DNA of 64,000 nucleotides from contig OY764216.1 of NCBI GenBank assembly GCA_963668315.1, positions 1,728,001-1,792,000 of the forward strand, read 5' to 3'. This document shows positions 45,359 to 56,345 of the stretch, piece by piece. The number at the start of each line of letters is the position of its first letter. The first letter of the stretch is position 1. The position numbers and the translations under genes were made by a program. A model generated the notes under the pieces. That model was not told the origin of the DNA, ran no database searches, and was given only the letters and a program-made list of their open reading frames with translations. The DNA is from Spirochaetia bacterium (lineage in GTDB: Bacteria; Spirochaetota; Spirochaetia; DSM-2461).

Positions 45359-47737
45359 CTAGCCGTCCAGGGCGCTGTTCGCCTCGGGCGTCGGAATAAT
45401 CAGGCTGCCTGTCATAAGCCCTTTCTTCAGCTTTATATCGAGAGCTTCCCTGAGAACGTCCTCCACCCGTTCCACGGGAACGAATTCCACATCGTTCCGT
45501 ATCTCTTCAGGAACATCCTCCAGATCGGGCAGATTGTCCTTGGGAAGCAGTATACGCTCGATTCCCGACCGGTGGGCGGCGATCACTTTCTCTTTAATCC
45601 CTCCCACGGGCAGCACGGAGCCGCGCAGGGTTATCTCGCCGGTCATCGCCGTCTTCGTGTCCACCGGCCTGCCCGTCACAAGGGACGCTATGGCCGTGAA
45701 AAGAGTGATGCCCGCGGAGGGACCGTCCTTGGGAGTAGAGCCGGCGGGAACATGGATATGGATATCATTGGCGATGAAATCGAAATGGGTAATCTTCTCG
45801 GCAAGGCGGGATCGAACAAGGCTCAGGGATATGCGGGCCGACTCCTTCATCACGTCCCCCAGCTGCCCCGTCAGGGTCAGGCCGCCGTTTCCGGGCATGA
45901 AGGTTCCCTCTATGAAAAGGATATCCCCGCCCACGGGCGTCCAGGCCAGTCCTGTCACCACGCCGGAGGGAGCCGATTTATTGGCGCTGTCCTGGCGTAC
46001 GAGTTCTCTTCCCAGTATGTCGTTCAGGTTCTGCTGCTTGACGACAAAGGGGAGCTCGACACTTTCCGATACGATTTTTTCCGATGCGTAGCGGGCGGCC
46101 GCGGCTATCTGTTTCTGAAATCCCCTGACTCCCGCCTCCCGGGTATATTTATCAATAATCAGCTTGAGAGCACCGTCGGTAAAACGCAGCTGGGACGAAT
46201 CCAGCCCGTGTTCTTCCAGCGTCTTTTTCACCAGATGGTTTTTTCCTATGCGGAATTTCTCCGGATTGGTGTAGCCGTGTACCTGGATAATTTCCGTTCT
46301 GTCCAGAAGGGGACCGGGGATACTGTTCAGGCTATTGGCCGTGGCTATGAAAAAGACGTCGGAGAGGTCATAGGGCACTTCAAGGTAGTGATCGGAAAAG
46401 GTATTATTCTGTTCCGGATCAAGGATTTCCAGAAGCGCGGAGAAGGGATCGCCCCCCTGTGAGGAGGAGATCTTATCCACTTCGTCCAGAACGAATACGG
46501 GATTTTTCTGCCCCGCTTTCTTCATGGCCTGGATGATTCTTCCGGGCAGGGCGCCCACATAGGTCCTGCGGTGACCGCGAAGCTCCGCCTCATCCCTGAC
46601 TCCCCCCAGACTGAGCCGTTCGTAGGGCCGGTCAAGGGCTTTGGCAATGGATTTTCCCAGACTGGTCTTTCCCGTTCCCGGGGGGCCGACCAGCAGGAGT
46701 ATGGAACCCTGCTTCTCTTTTTTCAGCTTCATGACGGCCAGGTGCTGGATGATTCTTTCCTTCACCTTCTCCAGGCCGTAATGTTCTTCTTCCAGAAGGG
46801 TGCGGGCCTTTTTGAGGTCTATATCCTTAACTTCTTCCCTTTTCCAGGGGAGGGAGACAAGGAGATCCAGATAGTTTCTGGCTTTGTTGTACTCGGGGCT
46901 GCTGGTCTCCATCGTATCCAGTTTGGCCAATTCACTCCGCGCCGCCTTTTCCGCTTCCGGCGGCATTTCGGCTCTGAGAATCTTATCTTCGTACTGCTCT
47001 TCCTTGTCCTCTTCGTTAAGCTCTTCCCTTATCGCCTTCATCTGCTCCCTGAGCATATTCTTTCTGTACTGGCTGTTGGTTTTCTCCTGGAATTTCTGGG
47101 CTATCTCCATCTGTATGGAGAAGGTCTCTTTCTGAAGCAGGAGCATGTCTATGAAGCTCATGGCCCGGGAGCGCAGAGAGGTCTCTTCCAGCAGAGCCTG
47201 CTTTCTGGCAATATCCACCTGGATATAGGGAAGAACACTGGCTATTATCCCGTTCAGGTTATCCATCTGCAGGAGGGGTCTGATGAAATCATCCGCACCG
47301 GAGAGATGTTTCCCCGTCTCCTTTATAACCTGATGAATATACTTCATGATCTCATCTTCCCCTTCCCGGGAGAGATCCGTTTCATCCAGCCTCAGATCAT
47401 GGGTAGCAAGGAACTGCTTCTCTTCCAGAACGATCTCATGCACATCTACAATCGCCTGACTCTCAATGTGAAGAAGGAGGCCCCCCTTGTCCGTCGGGTC
47501 GGCCCGGGATATTCTGATAATCGTGCCTACCGGATAAAAACTGTGCGTGCTTAACCGTCCCTGATCGTCTTTTTCCTTGACGGTAAGGGCGATAACCGGT
47601 ACCGTCGTCATATCCGCTTTGCTCTCCAGAGCTTTTCTCACCGTTCTTCCCACCGTTATCTTTGTCTTTATTCCGGGAAAAAGCACCGTGTCAAAGAGGG
47701 GGAGAATCAAGTTTTTTATCTTTTTATCCATATCCAT
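45359..47737 (-). CDS. lon: ATP-dependent Lon protease
   Basis: GPPGTGKT, RGHRRTYVGA, LDEVDK, PKDGPSAG (Ser), GGIKEK (Lys). Confidence 0.96.
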   Translation of the reverse strand: MDMDKKIKNLILPLFDTVLFPGIKTKITVGRTVRKALESKADMTTVPVIALTVKEKDDQGRLSTHSFYPVGTIIRISRADPTDKGGLLLHIESQAIVDVHEIVLEEKQFLATHDLRLDETDLSREGEDEIMKYIHQVIKETGKHLSGADDFIRPLLQMDNLNGIIASVLPYIQVDIARKQALLEETSLRSRAMSFIDMLLLQKETFSIQMEIAQKFQEKTNSQYRKNMLREQMKAIREELNEEDKEEQYEDKILRAEMPPEAEKAARSELAKLDTMETSSPEYNKARNYLDLLVSLPWKREEVKDIDLKKARTLLEEEHYGLEKVKERIIQHLAVMKLKKEKQGSILLLVGPPGTGKTSLGKSIAKALDRPYERLSLGGVRDEAELRGHRRTYVGALPGRIIQAMKKAGQKNPVFVLDEVDKISSSQGGDPFSALLEILDPEQNNTFSDHYLEVPYDLSDVFFIATANSLNSIPGPLLDRTEIIQVHGYTNPEKFRIGKNHLVKKTLEEHGLDSSQLRFTDGALKLIIDKYTREAGVRGFQKQIAAAARYASEKIVSESVELPFVVKQQNLNDILGRELVRQDSANKSAPSGVVTGLAWTPVGGDILFIEGTFMPGNGGLTLTGQLGDVMKESARISLSLVRSRLAEKITHFDFIANDIHIHVPAGSTPKDGPSAGITLFTAIASLVTGRPVDTKTAMTGEITLRGSVLPVGGIKEKVIAAHRSGIERILLPKDNLPDLEDVPEEIRNDVEFVPVERVEDVLREALDIKLKKGLMTGSLIIPTPEANSALDG

Positions 47738-47821
47738 GGTTATCTCCTGTTTCTGCCTTCGGTTCAGAAAGGAACCGTTAGGAAAAAGTACTAATTAAAA
47801 AGAATAAGGTCAAATATAAAT

Positions 47822-47850
47822 TTGACAGCCCTAAACGTCTAACCTATGAT
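47822..47850 (+). promoter_or_regulatory. sigma70 promoter of the EAL gene
   Basis: TTGACA-N17-TATGAT ending 8 nt before the ATG. Confidence 0.7.
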
Positions 47851-47858
47851 TTAATGGT

Positions 47859-49238
47859 ATGATAGAGGACAATAACAGGCCCGAGACAGACGGGGATGAC
47901 TGCCGGGAAAAGCTGAAAAGATACAAGATTGAGCACGAGCTGGACAAGGAGCATATTCTGCAGCTGGAAAAGCTTCTGAACCATGATCCCGATACGGGGC
48001 TTCTGCAGAGGCATATTCTGACGCGCCGCATGAACTCCCTCATCAGGGACGGCTCTCAGCCCTTTGCCTTCGGGATACTCAGACTCGATAAGAATTATCA
48101 GAGGATCCGCCATACCCGGGACAGAATGAAAGTCCTTCTCTATATCACCACCGAGCGGCTCAAACCCATTACGGGAGAGGATAACCTCTATCAATCAGAC
48201 CGGTCGGACGAGTTCCTTTTTATCCTGACCGACTGCCGGGATAAGGAAGAGGTGGAGCGGCGCATTAATCTGATGATAACCCGCGTCTCCGAGCCCCACA
48301 ACCCTCCCGCATCGGATCTGACCTTCGGGTGCAATGTGGGCGTCGCCCTCTATCCCGAACATGCCCGGTCACTCGATGAACTGGAAGTGAATGCCGAAAT
48401 CGCCCTGGGGATTTATGAAGAAAAAAGCTGGAACGGATTTATTTATTCCCCTGAGATCGGCGAGGCCCACTACGCCAATCAGTCTCTGGAGTATCTCCTG
48501 AGAAAATGCATTCTGAATAATTTCGAAGGATTTCATGTGGTCTATCAGCCTATTGTGGACAGGAACAAGCAAGTCCGGGCCTGTGAGGCACTCATGCGCT
48601 GGGATGCACCGGGGCATGGGGCGGTCCGTCCCGACAAGTTCATCGACCTGGCCGAGAAGAGCGGTCTTATCAATTATCTGGGGAAGTGGATTCTCTACAA
48701 AGCCCTGTCCCAGGTGAAAAGATGGAGATCGGAGTTCAAGCATGACATGATCGTATCGGTCAACCTTTCCCCCATCCAGCTGGAGCAGGAGAATTTTCTG
48801 GAGACCATTCTTACCGCCCTGGAAGTTATGGGCATCCCCGGCGAAGCGCTCCATCTGGAGCTGACTGAGAGGGCTGTGATTCTTAACCCCCAGGAGATAA
48901 AGAAGAAGCTCTCGGTCCTCCAGAAAGAGAAAATCGAGATAATGCTGGATGACTTCGGAACGGGATATTCCAGCTTGAGCGTCCTGAATAATCTCCCTAT
49001 CAACACTTTGAAAATCGCCAAGGAATTTGTCGACCATGTTGTCACGCTTCAGGAAGCCCGTGAGATGATAGGGGTCATTATGGATATTTCCCGTACCTTC
49101 AAATTTACCACCCTTGCCGAGGGAATTGAGACACAGGAACAGTTCGATTTTCTGGTAGGCCAGGGCTGTGAACTTATTCAGGGATATATAACCAGTCCGC
49201 CCGTGGGAGCAACGGAATTTGAAGAACGATTCCTTTAA
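47859..49238 (+). CDS. Degenerate GGDEF + EAL c-di-GMP phosphodiesterase
   Basis: DPDTGL, RSDEF (degenerate); YQP, EALMRW, ELTE, DDFGTGYSS, AEGIE, QGY. Confidence 0.9.
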   Translation: MIEDNNRPETDGDDCREKLKRYKIEHELDKEHILQLEKLLNHDPDTGLLQRHILTRRMNSLIRDGSQPFAFGILRLDKNYQRIRHTRDRMKVLLYITTERLKPITGEDNLYQSDRSDEFLFILTDCRDKEEVERRINLMITRVSEPHNPPASDLTFGCNVGVALYPEHARSLDELEVNAEIALGIYEEKSWNGFIYSPEIGEAHYANQSLEYLLRKCILNNFEGFHVVYQPIVDRNKQVRACEALMRWDAPGHGAVRPDKFIDLAEKSGLINYLGKWILYKALSQVKRWRSEFKHDMIVSVNLSPIQLEQENFLETILTALEVMGIPGEALHLELTERAVILNPQEIKKKLSVLQKEKIEIMLDDFGTGYSSLSVLNNLPINTLKIAKEFVDHVVTLQEAREMIGVIMDISRTFKFTTLAEGIETQEQFDFLVGQGCELIQGYITSPPVGATEFEERFL

Positions 49239-49306
49239 GTGATTCACTTCCGTTCTGATAATTAGTATATTAAAGAAACAGAATCTACCTTTGGGGAGAG
49301 AATAAA

Positions 49307-50779
49307 ATGGATAAAATGAACGAAATGGGACTCATCGGTTTGGCCGTAATGGGACAGAACCTTGTATTAAATATGGCAGATCATAAGTTTTCCGTTGCCG
49401 TTTTCAATAGAACCTGGTCTGTGACTGAGCAGTTTCTGGCAGGACCGGCCGCTTCCTACGATAATATAAGCGGATATGAAGAGCTTCAGGATTTCGTTGA
49501 ATCCCTCGAGCGGCCGAGAAAGATAATGCTTATGGTCAAGGCCGGTAAAGTAGTCGATGGTGTTATTGAACAGCTGCTGCCCCTCCTGGAGAAGGGCGAT
49601 ATTATTGTGGACGGGGGTAACTCCTATTACGGCGATACGATTCGGCGCACCGCCGATCTCCGGGACAGGGGAATCGTTTTTATCGGTTCCGGGGTCTCCG
49701 GGGGAGAAGAGGGCGCCCGCCGCGGTCCTTCCCTGATGCCGGGAGGCAATAAGGACGGGTGGGAAAGCATCAAGCCCATCTTCCAGTCCATAGCCGCTCA
49801 GGCCGATAACGAACCCTGCTGCGACTGGGTTGGTGACGAAGGGGCAGGACACTTTGTCAAAATGGTTCATAACGGAATCGAGTACGGGGATATGCAGCTT
49901 ATCTGCGAGGCCTATCAGCTCATGGGTGAAGGACTGGGACTGTCCGCCGACCGGATGTCGGAAATCTTCGGCGAATGGAATAAGGGCGATCTGGACAGTT
50001 ACCTCATAGAAATCACCGCCGATATCCTTTCCTACAAGGAAGGGGGAGAGCCGCTGGTGGATAAAATCCTCGATACGGCCGGCCAAAAGGGTACAGGGAA
50101 GTGGACCGGCATAACCGCTCTGGACAAAGGCGTGCCCCTGACCCTCATTGCCGAAGCGGTTTACAGCCGCTGTGTGTCCGCTATGAAAGAGGAGAGAGTC
50201 CGGGCTTCCCGGGTTTACGAAGGACCGGGGCGGGAACTGCCCGAGGGCAGCGAGTTTAACGACTCATTCGTGGGTGATTTTATCGGCCAGATAGGGAAAG
50301 CCCTTCTCGCTTCCAAGATTATCTCCTATGCCCAGGGCTTTATGCTGATGCGTGAAGCGGCCGGGGAGTACGGCTGGGATCTGAATTACGGGGGGATCGC
50401 CCTCATGTGGAGAGGCGGCTGCATTATCCGCAGTACCTTCCTGGGAAAGATTCGTGATGCCTATGACAAGAATCCTAAGCTGGAAAATCTTCTGCTCGAT
50501 GACTATTTCAGGGATCTGATCTCCGATTGTCAGAACGGCTGGAGAAAGGTCGTCATGAAGGCTGTTGAGTGGGGGATTCCCGTTCCCGCCATGTCTTCGG
50601 CCCTCTCTTTCTTTGACAGCTACCGTTCCGCCCGGCTTCCCTCCAACCTGCTCCAGGCTCAGAGGGATTACTTCGGCGCCCATACCTATGAGCGGACCGA
50701 CAAGCCCCGGGGCGAATTTTTCCATACCAACTGGACAGGCTCCGGCGGGGACGTCTCTTCGTCAACCTATAACGCCTGA
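49307..50779 (+). CDS. gndA: 6-phosphogluconate dehydrogenase (decarboxylating)
   Basis: [44 protein letters not shown]. Confidence 0.97.
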   Translation: MDKMNEMGLIGLAVMGQNLVLNMADHKFSVAVFNRTWSVTEQFLAGPAASYDNISGYEELQDFVESLERPRKIMLMVKAGKVVDGVIEQLLPLLEKGDIIVDGGNSYYGDTIRRTADLRDRGIVFIGSGVSGGEEGARRGPSLMPGGNKDGWESIKPIFQSIAAQADNEPCCDWVGDEGAGHFVKMVHNGIEYGDMQLICEAYQLMGEGLGLSADRMSEIFGEWNKGDLDSYLIEITADILSYKEGGEPLVDKILDTAGQKGTGKWTGITALDKGVPLTLIAEAVYSRCVSAMKEERVRASRVYEGPGRELPEGSEFNDSFVGDFIGQIGKALLASKIISYAQGFMLMREAAGEYGWDLNYGGIALMWRGGCIIRSTFLGKIRDAYDKNPKLENLLLDDYFRDLISDCQNGWRKVVMKAVEWGIPVPAMSSALSFFDSYRSARLPSNLLQAQRDYFGAHTYERTDKPRGEFFHTNWTGSGGDVSSSTYNA

Positions 50780-52281
50780 TCCCCGTCACTGACCAGGCGG
50801 ATATCTTCCCCCTCTTCCGTCAGTCGCCATTCCGTACCGGTCAGGCGACGGCGGAAGCGGCTGTCATGGCTTACCAGGAGGAGGGCCGTATCCGTCTGAA
50901 CCAGGGCCGATTCAAGAATGGTTATCGAGTCCAGATCCAGATGATTGGTCGGTTCGTCCAGAATTATCAGCACCGGTTCGGTCAGAAGTCCCCGGGCGAT
51001 GAGGAGCTTGCGTTCCTCTCCCGGGCTCAGATGTCCGCTTGACAGGAACTGGTCCGGATTTCCCCCAAGGCGTGAAAAATAACTTATCAGGGCTCCTCTT
51101 TTATCGGGGGCCATCTCCTCCCAATCCTCCTTCATCGATTTTTTTTCCCTTTCCCCCGTCTCCTGGGGAATATAGAGAATCCTGCGGTCCGGTGATGCCC
51201 CTTTGAGAAGGGTTCTTATCAGGGTCGTTTTTCCCGTCCCGTTATCCCCTGTCAGGGCAATTCTGTCTCCGGGGCGGATAATCAGCTCCTTATGGTAAAG
51301 CCGCTTATTCCCATTGAGTTCAAGAACGCCTTCCCCAAGGGAAAGAATCCGGTCGCCCTTATAGACGGCCGTTCTCTGGGTGATTCCGGTTTTCCTGACT
51401 CCTTCGGTCCTGAGGGAGGAGAGCCTGTCCTCGGCCTGTGATATCCGGCCGTCCATCTGTCTGAGCAGCTTGCCTCCCGTTCCGTCCTTACCGCTGATAC
51501 GGGCCAGATTTTTCTTAAACCGGCTGTCGTGATCCTTAAGATCCAGGCCCGCCTTGGAACGGCGGCGCTGCTGTCCTTCGGCAAGAGTCCGCCTGGCCCG
51601 GGCTTCCCTTTCCAGCCGGGAAACCTCCCGGACCGCCTCGCTGCGCTGTCTGGAAAGCGCTTCGTTCTCCCGGATTTCCTCTTCCATACAGGCTGTCAGG
51701 GAACCCGGTCTGAGACGGGCTTCCCCCTTTCTCAGGAAAAGATGGGCCTTGCAGAGATTATCCATAAAATCCCGGTCATGGCTGACGATAAGGCCTATTC
51801 CCCCGTACTGTCCCAATGTTTCGAGGATAAGCTGCCGGGAGGATGAGTCAAGGTGATTGGTTGGTTCATCCACGAGAAGGAGGTCCCTTTCCCTCCAGAG
51901 GAAAACGGCCAGCTGGAAGCGTTTTCTTTCTCCCTGGCTCAGGGTATCCCACCGCCAGGCCCAGTCATGGTCGAGTCTGAGAAGGGAGAAGAGACGGCCC
52001 GCTCCGTTATCCCTGTCGTAAAGGGCACCGGTAAACTCCTCCCAGCCGGGGGGAAGAACGGCCGTCTCCTGGGGACAGTAGGATGAAGGGGGCGAGATGA
52101 TTTTTCCCGAATCGGGAACCAGAAGGCCAGCGGCCAGTTTCATGAGGGTTGTTTTCCCCGATCCGTTGACCCCTGTCAGTCCGAACCAGCCGGGGAATAA
52201 TTCGAAGGAAATGTTGTTGAGAACCCTTTCCGCCGATGACGGATAGGTAAAGGATACCGATTGGAATTTAAGTGAAGACAT
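50767..52281 (-). CDS. ABC-F family ATPase (no TM)
   Basis: Two NBDs ([42 protein letters not shown]) with a long helical linker; start at ATG 52281 after GGAGG. Confidence 0.88.
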   Translation of the reverse strand: MSSLKFQSVSFTYPSSAERVLNNISFELFPGWFGLTGVNGSGKTTLMKLAAGLLVPDSGKIISPPSSYCPQETAVLPPGWEEFTGALYDRDNGAGRLFSLLRLDHDWAWRWDTLSQGERKRFQLAVFLWRERDLLLVDEPTNHLDSSSRQLILETLGQYGGIGLIVSHDRDFMDNLCKAHLFLRKGEARLRPGSLTACMEEEIRENEALSRQRSEAVREVSRLEREARARRTLAEGQQRRRSKAGLDLKDHDSRFKKNLARISGKDGTGGKLLRQMDGRISQAEDRLSSLRTEGVRKTGITQRTAVYKGDRILSLGEGVLELNGNKRLYHKELIIRPGDRIALTGDNGTGKTTLIRTLLKGASPDRRILYIPQETGEREKKSMKEDWEEMAPDKRGALISYFSRLGGNPDQFLSSGHLSPGEERKLLIARGLLTEPVLIILDEPTNHLDLDSITILESALVQTDTALLLVSHDSRFRRRLTGTEWRLTEEGEDIRLVSDGDQAL

Positions 52282-52372
52282 GTTTGCCTCCCGATTGATC
52301 ATAGGGGGCAGATAAAGAGGGCTTTGAGAATCCCCTGCCGGAACCCGACCGGTTCCCTGTCCGATTCTCCTC

Positions 52373-52390
52373 TTAGTTTCTGTCTATCAA
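52373..52390 (-). promoter_or_regulatory. Putative leader uORF (MIDRN) of the ABC-F gene
   Basis: GGAGG-N8-TTG ATA GAC AGA AAC TAA within a structured upstream region. Confidence 0.45.
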
Positions 52391-52484
52391 ATTCCCGTCC
52401 TCCTCTGGGTTTATGGGGAATCATATCCCCTCTCCCTGTCAGGGAAAAGGGATAAAACGGTGGGAACTGTTCTTTCCCGTCAAA

Positions 52485-53033
52485 TCACCAGTCCTGCAAG
52501 GTGACTCTTTTCAGCTCTTTGGCCTTTTCTTTCCCCGCGAGATACTCCACCAGGGCCAGGGCGAATTCCGCCGCCGATCCGGGCCCGCGACTGGTAATCA
52601 GATTGCTGTCCCGTACCACCCTCTCCTCGGAATGGCGGGCGCCGCTGACCTGGGCTTCGAATCCGGGGTAGCAGGTGAATTCCCTTCCTTCCAGAAGTCC
52701 CGCTCCCCCCAGAACTACCGCCGGTGCGGCGCAGATGGCTCCCACCAGCTCGCTGTCGTTATAGACCCTTTTAATCAGCTTAACCGCTTCTTCCGATTCG
52801 GCTATATTGGCGGCGCCGGGCATTCCCCCGGGGAGGACCACACCGTCCAGATCGTCGGGAAGTTCGTCCAGAGTCATATCGGCTTCTATGGTAATATCGT
52901 GGGCGCCCGTTACGGATAGACCATTTACTCCCGCAAGAATGACTTCCACTCCCGCTCTTCTGAGAAAATCAGCCGGAGTAATGGCTTCCACTTCTTCAAA
53001 CCCGTCTGCCAGAAGCAGGGCAACTTTTTTCAT
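52485..53033 (-). CDS. DJ-1/ThiJ/YajL family protein
   Basis: GFEEVE, LPGG.PGA, AICAAP, TCYPG, TSRGPG. Confidence 0.92.
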   Translation of the reverse strand: MKKVALLLADGFEEVEAITPADFLRRAGVEVILAGVNGLSVTGAHDITIEADMTLDELPDDLDGVVLPGGMPGAANIAESEEAVKLIKRVYNDSELVGAICAAPAVVLGGAGLLEGREFTCYPGFEAQVSGARHSEERVVRDSNLITSRGPGSAAEFALALVEYLAGKEKAKELKRVTLQDW

Positions 53034-53138
53034 GCCTTTCTCCTAAGGCAGGTAAACCTGCCGTCCGTTTTAATTCATTTTACGGGAGAGGTGCGAATAA
53101 ATCAAGAATTCTTCCGATCCTGCCGTTATATTACTATT

Positions 53139-53837
53139 ATGAAGCGCAGAATCTTTTCTTTATTCCTGCTTATCTCATCCACACTGATTTTCGCCGGAAC
53201 CGCGGGGGATATTATCCGCACCGCCTCTAATCTGGTAGGGACTCCCTACCGCTACGGGGGAGTCTCTCCTTCGGGGTTCGACTGTTCCGGACTGTTATAC
53301 TACCTTTACGGAAATGTCGTTCCCTCCTTTCCCCGCACCGCCGCCAGCCAGGCCGGAGCCGGTCAGTTTGTGAACAGGAATGATCTGAGGCCGGGGGACC
53401 TGGTTTTTTATGCCACCGGTTCGGACCGTACGGCCGTTACCCATGCGGCCCTGTATATCGGTGATAACGCCCTCATTCAGGCTGTTTCCGCCGGCCCCCA
53501 TACGGGGGTGGTCATAACCGACATGGACGAGAGATACTGGAGAAACCGTTATGTCACCTCCCGGCGCGTCCTGCGTCAGGAAGTGCCTTCCGGTCCTTCC
53601 TCGCCGACCGTACCTGAAGAGCTGCCCTCCGTGGCCAAGGAAAGGGTCATAGACAGCAAGGGACAGGAGAAAACGGTGGTTACCATCGGAACCAGAAGAT
53701 TTACTCTTATGTCCTGGGAAGAGTGGTATGCGGCGGAGCAGAAAGCCCTGGAAGATAAGAGGGAAGAGGAAAGCCATATTCTCGACGAGGACCTGTCGGA
53801 CTTCGAGAAATGGAAGAAACAGAACTCTCCCGGCTGA
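53139..53837 (+). CDS. NlpC/P60 (C40) cell-wall peptidase
   Basis: Signal peptide; GTPYRYGG..PSGFDCSG, PGDLVF, HAALYIG. Confidence 0.9.
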   Translation: MKRRIFSLFLLISSTLIFAGTAGDIIRTASNLVGTPYRYGGVSPSGFDCSGLLYYLYGNVVPSFPRTAASQAGAGQFVNRNDLRPGDLVFYATGSDRTAVTHAALYIGDNALIQAVSAGPHTGVVITDMDERYWRNRYVTSRRVLRQEVPSGPSSPTVPEELPSVAKERVIDSKGQEKTVVTIGTRRFTLMSWEEWYAAEQKALEDKREEESHILDEDLSDFEKWKKQNSPG

Positions 53838-53896
53838 TCGCTTGTTACTCCCGGACCCGTCCGTCCGGATACGCCCCTTCCTCTCGGAAACGGGTG

Positions 53897-54517
53897 TTAA
53901 TCAGAATATTCGTACAGGTCCAGAAGGGCAAAGTCGAAGTCTATTTCCAATAAGGATGCGTTGTACCCGACGAGAACTATCGAACTGATATCTACCGTTT
54001 CTTTCTCAAAGTCTTCTCCGCTCCCCTGGTTCCAGGGGGCTGTATTAAAGCCCGAGTAGGGAAGGCTCCCCGACGTGCCGTTCAGGTTTGTCCAGTAATA
54101 TTTTGCCTGTGATTCGTTATATAGACCCAGGCGGAGGTCTGTGCTGTTGGTGTTTCTTATTCTATAAGAAATTCCCTCTCCGCTCAGGGTCACCCCATCC
54201 GTTGTACTTTCGCTAATATTCTGGTCAAGATTGATTCCCAGCATGATGCTGGTGGATGAGGAAGGATCCACCGGTAATTTTCCCGTTACAGCCAGCTCTC
54301 CCCCCGCAGGAAGGGCGTTGAAATCCGTGGGTGTAAAGGTTACGCCTGGGGAACTGCTGATCCAGGCATAACCGGACCAGTCGCCGCTGGTTATGTACCC
54401 CTGGGCCCCCACATTCATAATCTGCCCGGGACCCTTGTCTGTACCCGTGTCCTGGCACGAAAACAGGAAAAGAACCAGAAGGGCCGGGAAAGCCTTCTGC
54501 AGTTTCATTTTCTTCAT
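53897..54517 (-). CDS. Lipoprotein of unknown function (aromatic-rich beta-sandwich-like)
   Basis: Start moved to 54517 after GGAGG; lipobox LFSC. Confidence 0.7.
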   Translation of the reverse strand: MKKMKLQKAFPALLVLFLFSCQDTGTDKGPGQIMNVGAQGYITSGDWSGYAWISSSPGVTFTPTDFNALPAGGELAVTGKLPVDPSSSTSIMLGINLDQNISESTTDGVTLSGEGISYRIRNTNSTDLRLGLYNESQAKYYWTNLNGTSGSLPYSGFNTAPWNQGSGEDFEKETVDISSIVLVGYNASLLEIDFDFALLDLYEYSD

Positions 54518-54600
54518 GGAAACCTCCGAAACAATGTTTATTATTAAATTTAGCACATCCCTTCCGGAAAAAACAGGCAGGGAATGGCTTTACCTTCCTC

Positions 54601-54629
54601 TTGCCCTTCGGGGTAGGCTTTAGTATAAT
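54601..54629 (+). promoter_or_regulatory. glyA promoter
   Basis: TTGCCC-N17-TATAAT. Confidence 0.7.
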
Positions 54630-54635
54630 GGGCGC

Positions 54636-54737
54636 AACAGAAACTGACGTGTGCGCGGCCTTATACGGTGTAGGGCTGCCGGGATGGAATCGACCATCGG
54701 GAATGTCAACTGTCTATCGTGCGTCTGGGTAGACGGG
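54636..54737 (+). ncRNA. ZMP/ZTP (pfl) riboswitch
   Basis: ACUGACG (J1/2), P2 GAUGG-AAUCGA-CCAUC then GGGAA, P3 CUGUCUAUC/GGUAGACGG with loop CGUCUG able to pseudoknot with GACG; sits upstream of glyA. Confidence 0.78.
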
Positions 54738-54763
54738 AAATCTTATTTTTCAGGAGTGATGTG

Positions 54764-56266
54764 ATGAGTGTTTTTCACGACTACCTCAAGAGTACCGATA
54801 ATCCCGATCCCGGTTTTATCGCCTATCTGGCTTCCCTGACCAAAGTGGCGGAAGTCGCCCCCGAAGTGGCGGCTGCAACCGTTAAGGAACTGGCCGATCA
54901 GAGAAGTTATCTCAAGCTGATCGCCAGCGAGAATTTTTCCTCCCTGTCCTGCCAGCTGGCTATGGGCAACCTTCTTACCGACAAATACGCCGAAGGTTTT
55001 CCCTGGCATCGTTTCTATGCAGGCTGTGACAATGTCGATTCCATTGAAGACTATGCCGCCCGGAAGGCCTGCGAGCTTTTCGGATGCGATCATGCCTTCG
55101 TACAGCCCCATGCCGGTGCCGATGCCAACCTGATCGCCTACCTGGCCGTTCTCAACGCCAAAGTGGAAGTTCCCGCTCTGGAAAAGCTCGGCGAGCTGAA
55201 TCCCTCCCACCTGAGCCAGGAAGACTGGAATAAAATCCGGGCCGAACTGGGAAACCAGAGACTCCTGGGACTGGACTACTACTCCGGAGGTCATCTGACC
55301 CACGGTTACCGTCATAACGTTTCCGCCCAGATCTTCGATGCCTATACCTACACGGTCAGCAAGGAAACGGGGCTTCTCGATTACGATGAAATCGAGAAGA
55401 TGGCCATGGATATTAAGCCGCTGATTTTTCTTACCGGCTACAGCGCCTATCCCCGCAAAGTGAATTTCAAAAGAATGCGCGAGATCGCCGATAAGGTCGG
55501 AGCCGTGTTCATGGTAGATATGGCCCACTTCGCCGGACTGGTGGCGGGCGGTGTTTTCACCGGTGATTACAGCCCCTTTCCCCATGCCCAGATCGTGACC
55601 ACCACGACCCATAAGACCCTGCGCGGTCCCCGGGGCGGTATGGTTCTCTGTGACAAGGAGTTTGCCGAAGCGGTGGACAAGGCCTGTCCCATTGCCATGG
55701 GCGGTCCTCTTCCCCATGCCATGGCAGCCAAAGCGGTAGCCTTTACCGAAGCGGCCAAGCCGGAATTCAAGGAATATGCTGCGAAGATCGTGGAAAACTG
55801 CCAGGCCATGGCGGCCGCCTGTGCCGAACGGGGGCTGAAAATCGCCACCGGCGGTACGGACAACCACCTGTTCCTGATCGATGTGACTCCCCTGGGGCTC
55901 AACGGGCGCCAGGCCGAGCAGGTTGTCCGCGAATGCGGTATAACCCTGAACAGAAACTCTCTGCCCTTCGATGCGAACGGTCCCTGGTACACCAGCGGGC
56001 TCCGGCTCGGTACCGCCGCTGTGACTTCCCTGGGAATGGGCAAGGAACAGATGGTCGAGATAGCCGATGTCATCGCCACCGTCCTGAAGGCGGCCGAACC
56101 CACGATCCTTACCAAAGGGGAGAATGCGGGTAAGCCGAGTAAGGCCAAGTACAAGATCGATGCCTCCCTGGTGGAAGAAGCCCGGGGCCGCATCAAAGCC
56201 CTTCTTGACCAGTTCGTCCTCTATCCCGAGATAGACCTTGAACTGCTTGAGAAGGCATTCTGCTGA
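54764..56266 (+). CDS. glyA: Serine hydroxymethyltransferase (long form)
   Basis: LIASEN, DKYAEG, GGHLTHG, DMAHFAGL, TTTTHKTLRGPRGG, SGLRLGT. Confidence 0.96.
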   Translation: MSVFHDYLKSTDNPDPGFIAYLASLTKVAEVAPEVAAATVKELADQRSYLKLIASENFSSLSCQLAMGNLLTDKYAEGFPWHRFYAGCDNVDSIEDYAARKACELFGCDHAFVQPHAGADANLIAYLAVLNAKVEVPALEKLGELNPSHLSQEDWNKIRAELGNQRLLGLDYYSGGHLTHGYRHNVSAQIFDAYTYTVSKETGLLDYDEIEKMAMDIKPLIFLTGYSAYPRKVNFKRMREIADKVGAVFMVDMAHFAGLVAGGVFTGDYSPFPHAQIVTTTTHKTLRGPRGGMVLCDKEFAEAVDKACPIAMGGPLPHAMAAKAVAFTEAAKPEFKEYAAKIVENCQAMAAACAERGLKIATGGTDNHLFLIDVTPLGLNGRQAEQVVRECGITLNRNSLPFDANGPWYTSGLRLGTAAVTSLGMGKEQMVEIADVIATVLKAAEPTILTKGENAGKPSKAKYKIDASLVEEARGRIKALLDQFVLYPEIDLELLEKAFC

Positions 56267-56345
56267 TATATTAGCTTTTCCGGCGGCTGTTGAATGAACC
56301 GACAGCCGCCGGTCTAATCGATTCCGTCCGGAGAAAAAGTAAAAA

